Assembly (NCBI GenBank): GCA_963761305.1
Contig: CAVXGK010000002.1
Coordinates: 2,848,001 to 2,912,000 of the forward strand
DNA length: 64,000 nucleotides
Direction: 5' to 3'
Source: an uncultured Gemmatimonadaceae bacterium
Lineage (GTDB): Bacteria; Gemmatimonadota; Gemmatimonadetes; Gemmatimonadales; Gemmatimonadaceae
Below the pieces are notes generated by a model, which worked only from the letters and a program-made list of their open reading frames with translations, did not search any database and was not told the DNA's origin. This document shows, piece by piece, positions 20,044-29,502 of the stretch. Positions within the stretch are counted from its first letter, which is position 1. The number at the start of each line of letters is the position of its first letter. The translations under genes and the position numbers were made by a program.

Positions 20044-21545
20044 CGCGGACCATGCATCGCGCCTTCGTGCGCCACGCCGCGGCGATCGTCGCCGCCGGCG
20101 CGTTCGTTTCGCTCGCCGCGCCGCTCGCGGCGCAACAGAAGGCCGTTCAGGCGGGCAACGCGTCGAAGACGACGCTCGATCGGACCAGGATTCCGGCCCC
20201 CGCCAAGCCCGCCGATTTGCGCGTGCCGACGTGGACGAAGACGACGCTCGGCGACGGCGCGGAACTGATCGTCTCCGAAAAGCACGACCTGCCGCTCGTG
20301 TCGTTCACGATCAACTTCGTCGGCGGCGCGGCGCAGTTCGAGCCGGCGGACAAGACGGGACTCGCGTCGATCGTGGCGTCGATGCTCACCGAAGGCACCA
20401 CGCACCGCACCGGCGATCAGATCTCGAACGATCTCCAGTTGCTCGGCACGTTCCTCAACGCCGGCGTGGGGAGCGAGTCGGGCCGCCTCGGCTTCACGTC
20501 GACCACCGACAAGTTCGACAAAGCGCTCGCGATCGCCGCCGACCTGCTCGAGAACCCGACGTTCCCGCAGGAAGCGCTCGACCGCCTCAAGGGGCGGCTC
20601 AACGTGTCGTTGCTCCAGAACCGCGACCGCACCTCGGGAATCGCCAGCGTCGTGTTCACCAAGGTGCTCTACACGACGAGTCATCCGTACGGCACGTCGC
20701 TCACGCCGGCGACGCTCGCGTCGATCACCCGCGACGACGTCGTGTCGTTCTACAAATCGTACTTCCAACCGGGCCGCGCGGTCATCACCGTCGTGGGCGA
20801 CATCACGCCCGCGGCGGCGAAGCAGACCATCGAGCGCGAGCTCGCGGGTTGGCACGCCGGCGGATCGATGCCGACGTTCGCGTATCCGGCGGTAGCGGCG
20901 GCGAAGCCGACGACGATCTACCTCGTCGACAAGCCGGGCGCCGCGCAATCGACGTTCGCCATCGGTGCGCCGGGCCCGGCGCGCGACACGCCCGACTACT
21001 ACGCGCTCCGGGTGATGAACGAGATGCTCGGCGTGCTCTTCCAGTCGCGGCTCAATCACAACATTCGCGAGGTGAAGGGCTACAGCTACGGCGTGTTCTC
21101 GAGCTACGCGTTCGGCAAGGGCCCCGGTGCGTTCCGCGCCGGCGGCGAGATCGTCACGGCGAAATCGGACAGCGCACTCATCGAGTTCATGAAAGAGCTG
21201 CGCGACATCCGCGGTCCGCGTCCACCGACGGACGATGAGCTCGCGCAGGCGAAGGCGAGCTTGGTGCAGAGCCTGCCGGAGAGTTTCTCGTCGGTCGGCG
21301 GAATCAACGGCAGCATCGGGTCCCTCTACGTGCAGGGCCTGCCGGAGAACTATTTCCAGCAGTTCGCGCATGCCGTGAACGCGGTGACGAAGGACGACGT
21401 CGTTCGCGTGGCCAAGCAGTACATCGACCCGGACCACCTGGCGATCGTGATCGTCGGCGATCGCTCGAAGATCGAAGCCCCGCTCGCCGCAACAAGCATC
21501 GCGCCGATCGTGCACCTCGATCTGGACGGGAACCCGCTGCCGTGA
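20040..21545 (+). CDS. M16 peptidase, non-catalytic partner subunit
   Basis: No HxxEH; SRLNHNIREVKGYSY motif; ATGA overlap with upstream subunit. Confidence 0.88.
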   Translation: MTRTMHRAFVRHAAAIVAAGAFVSLAAPLAAQQKAVQAGNASKTTLDRTRIPAPAKPADLRVPTWTKTTLGDGAELIVSEKHDLPLVSFTINFVGGAAQFEPADKTGLASIVASMLTEGTTHRTGDQISNDLQLLGTFLNAGVGSESGRLGFTSTTDKFDKALAIAADLLENPTFPQEALDRLKGRLNVSLLQNRDRTSGIASVVFTKVLYTTSHPYGTSLTPATLASITRDDVVSFYKSYFQPGRAVITVVGDITPAAAKQTIERELAGWHAGGSMPTFAYPAVAAAKPTTIYLVDKPGAAQSTFAIGAPGPARDTPDYYALRVMNEMLGVLFQSRLNHNIREVKGYSYGVFSSYAFGKGPGAFRAGGEIVTAKSDSALIEFMKELRDIRGPRPPTDDELAQAKASLVQSLPESFSSVGGINGSIGSLYVQGLPENYFQQFAHAVNAVTKDDVVRVAKQYIDPDHLAIVIVGDRSKIEAPLAATSIAPIVHLDLDGNPLP

Positions 21546-21552
21546 CGCGGGA

Positions 21553-21600
21553 GGACGGGTGGACGGGTGGACGGGTGGACGGATGGACGGATGGACGGAT
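21553..21600. repeat. Tandem 8-mer repeat (GGACGGGT)x3 (GGACGGAT)x3
   Basis: Read directly; same unit occurs twice on the reverse strand near 63921-63938. Confidence 0.95.
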
Positions 21601-21682
21601 GAACAGCGTGGGTTGCGTCGGGCATCAGGCCCCGTTTAGCTTGCCCGTCCCGCGTTGAACACACACGGAGATTGGTGATTCA

Positions 21683-21784
21683 ATGAGCACTCAGTTCAGC
21701 CCGATGACCGTTGCCGGTCTGGCCGCCCTCCGAGGCGTCCCGACGGGCTATGGCATCGTCCCCGGCCCCGCTCTCAATCACTGA
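21683..21784 (+). CDS. Putative 33 aa leader peptide MSTQFSPMTVAGLAALRGVPTGYGIVPGPALNH
   Basis: ATG..TGA ORF preceded by GGAG/GGTGA, followed by a terminator-like hairpin and the MATE gene. Confidence 0.5.
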   Translation: MSTQFSPMTVAGLAALRGVPTGYGIVPGPALNH

Positions 21785-21810
21785 TCGCGCATCAAGGCTC
21801 GAGTAGTCAC

Positions 21811-21849
21811 GAGGGCGGCGCCGCGATCGGTGCCGCCCTTTCGATTTTC
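21811..21849 (+). terminator. Terminator/attenuator hairpin in MATE leader
   Basis: AGGGCGGCGCC-GCGATC-GGTGCCGCCCT followed by TTCGATTTTC. Confidence 0.6.
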
Positions 21850-21922
21850 ATCACACTCGATCGCTCGGCGTTCGCCGCCACGCCACGATCGCTTCGAACC
21901 CGGAGTTCCCTTGAGTACGTCG

Positions 21923-23368
21923 ATGTCTGATTCAACCGAATCCATGGCGATCCCTTCCGCGGCGGCGGATGGGCCAGCCGCGCCGCTGTCGCTACGGGCG
22001 GCCGTTCGCGAAGCCCTGCGCGGCACGCATCGCGACTACACCGAAGGCGCCGTCGCCCAGGCGATCCTCATCCTCGCCATTCCGATGGTGCTGGAGATGA
22101 TCATGGAGAGCGTGTTCGCGGTCTGCGACGTGTTCTTCGTCTCCAAGCTCGGGGCAAGTGCCATCGCGACCGTCGGTCTCACCGAATCCTGGATCGCGAT
22201 CGTGTTCGCGCTCGCCATGGGTCTGGCGATCGCGACCTCGGCGACGGTCGCGCGTCGAACGGGAGAGCGCGATCGCGAGGGCGCAGCGCGCGCCGCGACG
22301 CAGGGAATTCTCCTGGCACTCGCACTGTCGCTCGTGCTCGGCGTGTTCGGCGGCATTTTCGCGCCGCAGGCGCTGCGCGTGATGGGCGCGTCGCCCGACG
22401 TCGTCGCACAGGGCACGGGTTACGCCCGCGTCATGCTCGGCGGCAACGCGACGATCGTCATGCTCTTTCTCATCAACGCCGTCTTCCGCGGTGCGGGAGA
22501 CGCGGCGATCGCGATGCGCGTGCTGTGGCTCGCCAATGCGATCAACATCGTGCTGGGACCTTGTTTGATCTTCGGCCTCGGCCCGTTTCCCCGGCTTGGC
22601 GTGACCGGGGCGGCTGTCGCCACGAACATCGGCCGAGGCACCGGCGCGCTGTTCGCGCTGTGGAGTCTCTTGAAGCCTGGATCGCGCGTCGACATCCACG
22701 CGCGCCATCTCAAGATCGAACCGGCATTGATCGGCAAGCTGCTCCAGCTCGCGTGGTCGGCGGCGCTGCAGTTTCTGATCGGGATGGGCAGTTGGATCGC
22801 GTTGGTGCGAATCCTGTCGAGCTTCGGCAGCGACACGCTGGCCGGATACACGATCGGCATTCGCGTCATCATGTTCACGCTGCTTCCGTCGTCCGGCGTC
22901 GCCAACGCCGCCGCGACGATGGTCGGGCAGGCACTCGGCGCGCGGAAGCCCGAGCGGGCCGAGGCCGCGGTGAAGATCGCGGGGAAGTACAACATGATCG
23001 TGCTCACGGCGATCGGCGTCCTGCTCGCGTTCGGGGCTCCACTGATCGCTCGGCTGTTCTCGTCCGACCCGAACGTCGCGTCGGTGGCGACGAATCTGCT
23101 GCGACTCGTCGCGTGCGGCTTCCCGTTCTATGGGTGGGGCATGGTGTACTCGCAGTCGTTCAACGGCGCCGGCGACACGCGCACGCCGACGTTGCTGAAC
23201 CTGGCGGTGTTCTGGTGCTGGGAGATTCCGTTGGCCTACGTGCTGGCGGTGCCGCTCCGCATGGGGCCATTCGGCGTCTTTCTCGCGCTGGCGATCGCGT
23301 TCTCGACGTACGCGGTGGCCGGAAGTTGGGCGTTCAAGCGTGGAACCTGGAAGCGCCGTCACGTCTGA
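21923..23368 (+). CDS. MATE family efflux transporter
   Basis: Many TM segments, LAIPMVLEM, FRGAGDA and FNGAGDTRTP half-repeats; start approximate. Confidence 0.92.
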   Translation: MSDSTESMAIPSAAADGPAAPLSLRAAVREALRGTHRDYTEGAVAQAILILAIPMVLEMIMESVFAVCDVFFVSKLGASAIATVGLTESWIAIVFALAMGLAIATSATVARRTGERDREGAARAATQGILLALALSLVLGVFGGIFAPQALRVMGASPDVVAQGTGYARVMLGGNATIVMLFLINAVFRGAGDAAIAMRVLWLANAINIVLGPCLIFGLGPFPRLGVTGAAVATNIGRGTGALFALWSLLKPGSRVDIHARHLKIEPALIGKLLQLAWSAALQFLIGMGSWIALVRILSSFGSDTLAGYTIGIRVIMFTLLPSSGVANAAATMVGQALGARKPERAEAAVKIAGKYNMIVLTAIGVLLAFGAPLIARLFSSDPNVASVATNLLRLVACGFPFYGWGMVYSQSFNGAGDTRTPTLLNLAVFWCWEIPLAYVLAVPLRMGPFGVFLALAIAFSTYAVAGSWAFKRGTWKRRHV

Positions 23369-23419
23369 CTTCTCGCGGCCGGCGATTTCGAGCGCGTCGA
23401 AGGCGGCTTCTCTGACCTG

Positions 23420-23617
23420 TCAGAGGAGCCGTTTTCGTTTCTTTCTTCTCCGCCCTTTCGACGACGGCCGCTTGGGTCGATCCGCGCCGATCACGGCGTC
23501 GAGCGCGAGCTCGGCCGTATGCCGAGACGCCGTCCACCGCACGCGTCCTCGCTTCTCGCTCCTGATCTCTCGCAGCCGCTTCTCGACTTCTTCGATGTCG
23601 TCCGGCTCACTCGCCAT
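23420..23617 (-). CDS. Small basic hypothetical protein (65 aa)
   Basis: GGGGAGG RBS 5 nt before ATG; acidic N-terminus, KGRRRKKRKR tail. Confidence 0.5.
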   Translation of the reverse strand: MASEPDDIEEVEKRLREIRSEKRGRVRWTASRHTAELALDAVIGADRPKRPSSKGRRRKKRKRLL

Positions 23618-23673
23618 TGAATCCTCCCCGTTCTCTTCCCATACCCGCATATTCCACTCGCCGTCTTTCGGCG

Positions 23674-23737
23674 TTCGTCACTTTCGCACTTCGTTACCCT
23701 CGCCCGTCGTCACCTTCGCAGTTCGTCACTTTCGCCG
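23674..23737. repeat. Four tandem ~16 bp repeats (TTCGTCACTTTCGCAC-like)
   Basis: TTCGTCACTTTCGCAC / TTCGTTACCCTCGCCC / GTCGTCACCTTCGCAG / TTCGTCACTTTCGCCG. Confidence 0.85.
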
Positions 23738-23746
23738 TCCGGTGTT

Positions 23747-25084
23747 ATGACTCTCGCCTCTCCGCTGGTTTCCGCCCCGCCGTCGCTCGACGAGCTCTGG
23801 CTTCCCTTCACCGCGAACCGCACCTTCAAGCGCGCGCCTCGTATGCTCGTCGCCGCGAACGGTATGTACTACACCGCGGCCGATGGTCGGCAAATTCTCG
23901 ATGGCACCGCCGGCCTCTGGTGCGTGAACGCCGGCCATTGCCGCGAGTCCATCACGGCGGCCATTCGCGAACAAGCGGGGGTGATGGACTACGCTCCGCC
24001 GTTCCAGATGGCCCACCCGCTCGCCTTCGAGCTCGCGCAGCAGTTGGCGCACATGCTCCCCGGCGATCTCGATCACGTGTTTTTCACCAACTCGGGCTCG
24101 GAAGCGGTCGACACGGCACTCAAGATCGCGCTCGCCTATTGGCAGGCCAAGGGTGAACCCGAGCGCGTGCGCTTCGTCGGTCGTGCGCGCGGCTACCATG
24201 GCGTGGGTTTCGGCGGTACGGCCGTCGGCGGCATCGAGCCGAATCGCCGCCAGTTCGCCGCGCAGTTGCCCGCCGCCGTCGATCATCTTCCGCACACGCA
24301 CGATCTCGCCGCCAACGCGTTCACGCGGGGACAGCCGCGCAGCGGCGCCCAACTGGCCGACGCGCTCGAGGACCTCGTGCGCACGCGCGGTGCGCACACC
24401 ATCGCCGCCGTGATCGTGGAACCCGTCGCCGGTTCGACCGGTGTGCTCGTTCCGCCGGTCGGCTATCTCGAGCGTCTGCGCGAGATCTGCGACGCGCATG
24501 GGATCTTACTCATCTTCGACGAGGTGATCACGGGCTTCGGCCGACTCGGCTCGGCGTTCGGCGCCACCAAGTTCGGCGTGACGCCCGACATGATGACGCT
24601 CGCGAAAGGCATCACCAACGCCGCGGTACCGATGGGCGCCGTGTGTCTGCGGCGCGGCATCTATGACGCGATCGTCGAGAACGCCCCGGCGGGCATCGAG
24701 CTGTTTCACGGATACACGTACTCTGGCCATCCGCTGGCCGCCGCCGCGGGCTTGGCGACGCTCGATCTCTACGCGTCGGAAGGGTTGTTCGATCGCGCGG
24801 AGTCGCTGGAGCCGGTGGTGGCCGACGCGGTGCATTCGCTTCGTGGCTCGCCGCACGTGATCGATCTCCGCAGCATCGGCGTAGTGGGCGGCATCGAGCT
24901 CGAGCCGCGTCCCGGCGCACCGGGCGCGCGAGGATTCGAGACGTTCCTCAAGTGCTTCGAGGCCGGCGTGCTCGTTCGGTCGACCGGCGACACGATCGCG
25001 CTGTCGCCGCCGCTCATCGTCGAGCCGGGTCAGGTTGCGCAGATGATCGACACAGTGCGCACGGCGCTTCGCTCAGTCGCCTGA
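23747..25084 (+). CDS. Class III PLP aminotransferase, omega-amino acid/beta-alanine:pyruvate type
   Basis: WLPFTANR, DGTAGLWCVNAGH, FDEVITGFGR, LAKGIT, HGYTYSGHP. Confidence 0.9.
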   Translation: MTLASPLVSAPPSLDELWLPFTANRTFKRAPRMLVAANGMYYTAADGRQILDGTAGLWCVNAGHCRESITAAIREQAGVMDYAPPFQMAHPLAFELAQQLAHMLPGDLDHVFFTNSGSEAVDTALKIALAYWQAKGEPERVRFVGRARGYHGVGFGGTAVGGIEPNRRQFAAQLPAAVDHLPHTHDLAANAFTRGQPRSGAQLADALEDLVRTRGAHTIAAVIVEPVAGSTGVLVPPVGYLERLREICDAHGILLIFDEVITGFGRLGSAFGATKFGVTPDMMTLAKGITNAAVPMGAVCLRRGIYDAIVENAPAGIELFHGYTYSGHPLAAAAGLATLDLYASEGLFDRAESLEPVVADAVHSLRGSPHVIDLRSIGVVGGIELEPRPGAPGARGFETFLKCFEAGVLVRSTGDTIALSPPLIVEPGQVAQMIDTVRTALRSVA

Positions 25085-25092
25085 CGACACGC

Positions 25093-26070
25093 ATGCGTTT
25101 CGCGGAGGGGCCGGTCGTCTCGCGACTGCTCGCGATCGCCGTGGCGGCGGTCGCGAGCGGCGCTCTCGCCGCGTGCACGATTCAGGAAGCTGGACGTCCC
25201 GACTCGACGGCCACCGCCGCGCAGCGCACGGCGACGCGTGCCTACAATCCCGAGACCTGGCAGCCGCCGGTCGTCGACAGCACGCCCGACGATGCGCTCG
25301 CGGCGTCGGTGTACCGCGGGTTGGCACTCGTCACCCACACGCGCGACAGCCTGCGCGCGTTCGTCGGCGGGAATCTCGTCTGCACGAGCTGTCACCTCGA
25401 CGAAGGGCGACGCCCCAACGCGGCGCCGCTCGTGGGCGTCATGGCGCGGTTCCCGCGATTCATCGACCGCGCCGGCGCCGTCGTGCCGATCGAGGACCGC
25501 ATCAACTATTGCTTCACGCGGAGCCTCTCGGGATCCAAGCTCCCGTCCGACAGCCGCGAGATGCAGGACATCGTCGCCTATCTGGCGTACATCTCCAAAG
25601 GCGTGCCAACGGGCGAGCATGTACGCGGCGAAGGCTTCGCGACGATGCCCAAGCTCATCGGCGACGCCGGCCCTGGGAAAAAGCTCTACACCGACAACTG
25701 CGCCCGCTGTCATGGAAACGACGGCGCGGGCATCGGCCCCGTTCCGGCGCTGTGGGGGCCGAAGTCGTTCAGCATCGGCGCGTCGATGGCGCGCACCGAG
25801 CGGGCCGCGTCTTTCATCCGGCACAACATGCCGTTCGACAAACCCGGCTCGCTCACCAACCAGCAGTCGTTCGACATCGCCGCGTACGTCACGTCGATGC
25901 CCCGCCCCGACCAGCCGGGGAAGGAAGCCGACTGGCCGACCGGCGGCGCGCCGCCCGACGTCCCCTACGACACGAGAGGACACAAGGCCTTCCACCCGCC
26001 CAAAGTGCTCCCGCGCGCGAACCCGGCGCTGGCCGTCGTCGGCGTGCCGTCGTCGGTCATTCACAAGTAG
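25093..26070 (+). CDS. tsdA: Thiosulfate dehydrogenase TsdA-like diheme cytochrome c lipoprotein
   Basis: Lipobox LAAC; CTSCH and CARCH; RINYCFTRS active-site Cys motif; PALWGPKSF..GASM, FIRHNMP. Confidence 0.82.
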   Translation: MRFAEGPVVSRLLAIAVAAVASGALAACTIQEAGRPDSTATAAQRTATRAYNPETWQPPVVDSTPDDALAASVYRGLALVTHTRDSLRAFVGGNLVCTSCHLDEGRRPNAAPLVGVMARFPRFIDRAGAVVPIEDRINYCFTRSLSGSKLPSDSREMQDIVAYLAYISKGVPTGEHVRGEGFATMPKLIGDAGPGKKLYTDNCARCHGNDGAGIGPVPALWGPKSFSIGASMARTERAASFIRHNMPFDKPGSLTNQQSFDIAAYVTSMPRPDQPGKEADWPTGGAPPDVPYDTRGHKAFHPPKVLPRANPALAVVGVPSSVIHK

Positions 26071-26086
26071 TCATTCCAGGAGTGAA

Positions 26087-27355
26087 ATGAGCCCTCCCCA
26101 ACGCCCGATCAGCCGTCGGTCGATGATCGCGGGCACCGCCGCCGCGGCCGGCAGCGCGTTGGTGGCCAAGCTCCCTGTCCCGGCGGCCGAGGCGCAGCAG
26201 GCCGCCGCGGCGCCGGCGCCGCCGATTCCTCCCGCGGTCGGCGATCCCACCAAGGCACCCGGTGCGCCGACCACGGCCGTCGGCGGGCGCTCGCCGTTCG
26301 TTCAGCCCAAACGCGCTCCGGTGGGCGACATCGCCGGCACGACGCTCACGCCGCTGCAGGATTTCGCCGGCACCATCACGCCGGCCGACCTGCACTTCGC
26401 GCGCATCCATTCCGGCATCCCCACGATCGACCCGGCAACGCACACGCTCCTCATCCACGGCCTCGTCGATCGTCCGATGACCTTCACCGTCGAGGATATC
26501 AAGCGTTTTCCGGCGGTCACGCAGATTCATTTCATCGAGTGCTCGGGCAACGGACGCGCCGCGTACCGAGCGCCACGTCCCGACATGACGCCGCAGCAAG
26601 TCGATGGCATGACCAGCCAGAGCGAATGGACCGGCGTTCCGCTGTCGCTTCTCTTGCGCGAGACCGGCGTGCAGCGCGACGCCAAATGGTTCCTCGCCGA
26701 GGGAGGCGATTCGTGTCTCCTCGCGCGCAGCATTCCGGTCGCCAAGGCGTTCGACGACGCGCTCATCGCGTGGGCGCAGAACGGCGAACCGCTGCGACCC
26801 GAGCAAGGCTTCCCGATCCGGCTGCTGCTCCCCGGCTTCGAGGGCAACACGAACGTGAAGTGGCTGCGCCGCCTCAAATTCGGCACCGAGCCATTCATGA
26901 CGCGGTGGGAGACGTCGAAGTACACCGATCCGCTCCCCGGCGGCAAAGCACGCCAGTTCAGCCTCGAGATGGACGCGAAGTCGATCATCACGAGCCCCAC
27001 GTATCCCGAACGACTCGCGTCGCCCGGGTGGTGGCCCATTCGCGGGCTCGCCTGGAGCGGTCGCGGCCGCATCACCCGCGTCGACGTGAGCACCGACGGC
27101 GGAGGAACATGGCACGCGGCGTCGCTCCGTACGCCGTCGCTCGTGAAAGCGCACGTGCGGTTCGAGCTGCCGTGGCACTGGACCGGCGATCCGAGTTTTC
27201 TCATGAGCCGCGCCGTCGACGACACGGGCTACGTGCAGCCGACGTTCGCCGAGCTTCGATCGGCGCGCGGGCCGGCGACCGAGTACCACTTCAACTGCAT
27301 TCGCGGCTGGCGCGTCGCGCGCGACGGCTCGGTGACGTTCGAGGCCAACACGTGA
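26087..27355 (+). CDS. soxC: SoxC-like molybdopterin sulfite/sulfane dehydrogenase subunit, Tat signal
   Basis: SRRSM Tat motif; TPLQD, LHFARIHSG, FIECSGN, LRPEQGFP, ETSKYTD, AWSGRG. Confidence 0.85.
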   Translation: MSPPQRPISRRSMIAGTAAAAGSALVAKLPVPAAEAQQAAAAPAPPIPPAVGDPTKAPGAPTTAVGGRSPFVQPKRAPVGDIAGTTLTPLQDFAGTITPADLHFARIHSGIPTIDPATHTLLIHGLVDRPMTFTVEDIKRFPAVTQIHFIECSGNGRAAYRAPRPDMTPQQVDGMTSQSEWTGVPLSLLLRETGVQRDAKWFLAEGGDSCLLARSIPVAKAFDDALIAWAQNGEPLRPEQGFPIRLLLPGFEGNTNVKWLRRLKFGTEPFMTRWETSKYTDPLPGGKARQFSLEMDAKSIITSPTYPERLASPGWWPIRGLAWSGRGRITRVDVSTDGGGTWHAASLRTPSLVKAHVRFELPWHWTGDPSFLMSRAVDDTGYVQPTFAELRSARGPATEYHFNCIRGWRVARDGSVTFEANT

Positions 27356-27954
27356 ACCGCGGCCTCATCTGCGCGGTGACTGCGATGGCCGTCGTCGCGT
27401 GCGCGCCACAGTCGCAACGATCGCGCGACCCATCCATCGCCGACGGTTTGCCCGCCAACCTCGGTCTCGGACGCACCGCGACCCCCGCCGAGATTGCCGC
27501 GCGTAACGTCGAGATCGGCCCCGATGGCGCGGGTCTCCCCGCCGGGTCTGGAACGCCGGAGCAGGGCAGAGCCGTGTTCCTTATGAACTGCGCGACGTGC
27601 CACGGCAACGACGGTGAAGGCCGGCCACCGCTCTACCCGCAAATACTCGGCGGTCCGCGCGGGTCGTTCAATTTCGCGAACGACCCGAAGATGACGCGCA
27701 CCATCGGCAACTACTGGCCGTACGCGACGACCGTCTTCGACTACGTCCGGCGCGCGATGCCGTTCGGCGCGCCGCGCTCATTGACCGACGATCAGTACTA
27801 CGCCGTCACCGCGTACCTCCTCGAGCGCGAAGGAATCATCGCGCCCGGCACCGTCGTCGACGCGAAATCACTTCCGGCCGTGCAGATGCCGGCGCGCGCC
27901 CATTTCGTGCTCGACGATCGCGCCGGCACCACCGGCGGACGGAACGCCCGGTAG
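27352..27954 (+). CDS. soxD: SoxD-like monoheme cytochrome c
   Basis: GRTATPAEI, PDGAGLPAGSG, CATCH, TIGNYWPYATT..DYVRRAMP; GTGA overlap with soxC. Confidence 0.82.
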   Translation: MNRGLICAVTAMAVVACAPQSQRSRDPSIADGLPANLGLGRTATPAEIAARNVEIGPDGAGLPAGSGTPEQGRAVFLMNCATCHGNDGEGRPPLYPQILGGPRGSFNFANDPKMTRTIGNYWPYATTVFDYVRRAMPFGAPRSLTDDQYYAVTAYLLEREGIIAPGTVVDAKSLPAVQMPARAHFVLDDRAGTTGGRNAR

Positions 27955-27979
27955 CTCCCTCTTTCGGGGCGATTCGTGA

Positions 27980-28223
27980 AACTGCTCGACGCAGAGACGC
28001 GGAGAAACCGCTGAGGACATGCCGAGTCCGTCGCGCAACGAGCCGGGATTTTTGGGGGAACAGCCGCTCGGGATGCATCGCGATGCGTGGTACCTTCGCC
28101 GATGCGTCGAAGCATCCCGAGCGGCTGTTCACAAAAACATCCCGGCTCGTTGCGCGACAGAGCCGGCTTCAGCGGCAGTTCTCTGCGTGTCTTGCGCCCT
28201 CTGCGCCTCTGCGTCGAGCTGTT
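27980..28223. repeat. Nested palindromic element, copy 2
   Basis: AACTGCTCGACGCAGAG ... GTCGCGCAACGAGCCGGGAT ... AACAGCCGCTCGGGATGC / GCATCCCGAGCGGCTGTT ... ATCCCGGCTCGTTGCGCGAC ... CTCTGCGTCGAGCTGTT. Confidence 0.92.
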
Positions 28224-28243
28224 GCAGTTCCCGAGAGCGGGCG

Positions 28244-29413
28244 CTATTTGCCGGCCAGGTGCTTGGCGAAGAACGCCCACGTGCGATTCCACGAATCGAT
28301 CTGCTCCGGTGAATCATCGCGCTCGAGCGTCTGCTCGTTCACGCGCCGGCTGAACGTGTGCCCGCAGCCGTGCGGACCTTCCGGAGGATTCACGTAGATC
28401 TTCGTCTCGGCGAGATCGGGCTTGAGCGCACGCAGCGTATAGACCATCTGCTGGTCTTCGCGGAAGAACACGTCGCAGTCGTTCGTCGCGACGTGGACGA
28501 GCATCGGGACTTTGAGGTTGTCGGCGTGGAAGACCGGCGACCGTTTGAGATACTCGTCGATGCAATCGTGATCGTGATTCGGTCCGCAGTTCTGTTCCCA
28601 GGGAAGCCCCTGAATTCCCGTCTCCGCCGCGTAGTCGCGAGCGTAGCCGGGCCCGTGGTCCATCAGGCGGAAGACGAGGTTCGTCACCGGCACGATCGCC
28701 GCACCCGCCTTGAACGGATTGTCGTCGCGGAAGAGAATGTGTGACGTGATGAAGCCGCCGTGGCTCCAGCCCATGATCCCCAGCTTGGTGTTGTCCACGT
28801 ACGGCAGCGTCGCGAGATAGTCGACCGACGACAGCACGTCGTCGACCTCCTTACCGCCGTAGTCGATCTTCTTCATCCACTCGTCGCCGTAGCCGGTGCT
28901 GCCGCGGTAGTCGGGCGTGAGGATCACGTAGCCGCGCTTGACCGCCTCGACGATGAACGGATAGAGCGCCGTGTCCCAATCGCCGTGCACGCCGCCGTGG
29001 ACCCACACCAGTGCGACGTGCTTCGCCGTCCCGTGGTTGATCGGCGAGAAGAGGTACGCCGGAATCTCGAGCCCGTCGGCGCGGCTCTTGTACTTGATCT
29101 TCTGAAATTCGTAGTTGCCGGCCGCCTTCGCCGCGTAGACGCTGTCCGTGAGGTGCTTGTTCTGGATGTCGCGCTCGCAGATCTGCGGCGAGCACCCGCG
29201 AAGATCCTTCGGGTCCTTGCTCACGTAGAGATCCCGCTCGCGCGTCGAGTCGAGGGTGCCGCGCCACGGCGACGCCGGGCCGGCACGATGCGGGTCCCGC
29301 GCGGCGCGTCCTCCGCCGCGTCCTTGTTGGCGGACCCCCGACGTGTCCTGGGCGGCGAGCGGCCGCGCGACGAGCGGCGCGGCGATGAGTGCGACAAGAA
29401 CGAGACGTCTCAT
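28244..29413 (-). CDS. S9/prolyl oligopeptidase-family alpha/beta hydrolase, secreted
   Basis: Signal peptide MRRLVLVALI; HGG, DYRGSTGYG, GWSHGG. Confidence 0.88.
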   Translation of the reverse strand: MRRLVLVALIAAPLVARPLAAQDTSGVRQQGRGGGRAARDPHRAGPASPWRGTLDSTRERDLYVSKDPKDLRGCSPQICERDIQNKHLTDSVYAAKAAGNYEFQKIKYKSRADGLEIPAYLFSPINHGTAKHVALVWVHGGVHGDWDTALYPFIVEAVKRGYVILTPDYRGSTGYGDEWMKKIDYGGKEVDDVLSSVDYLATLPYVDNTKLGIMGWSHGGFITSHILFRDDNPFKAGAAIVPVTNLVFRLMDHGPGYARDYAAETGIQGLPWEQNCGPNHDHDCIDEYLKRSPVFHADNLKVPMLVHVATNDCDVFFREDQQMVYTLRALKPDLAETKIYVNPPEGPHGCGHTFSRRVNEQTLERDDSPEQIDSWNRTWAFFAKHLAGK

Positions 29414-29502
29414 GCGACCCTCGGCCAAGCTGTTGACTGGCGACTGGTGCCCGACGACGACTCGTCGTCGGCCCGACGAATCTACGCGCGGGCCTTTCGC
29501 CC

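Noticed and set aside
21553..23737. Short direct repeats as CRISPR arrays
   Set aside because: Units are 8 or 16 bp, contiguous, with no spacers and no cas genes.
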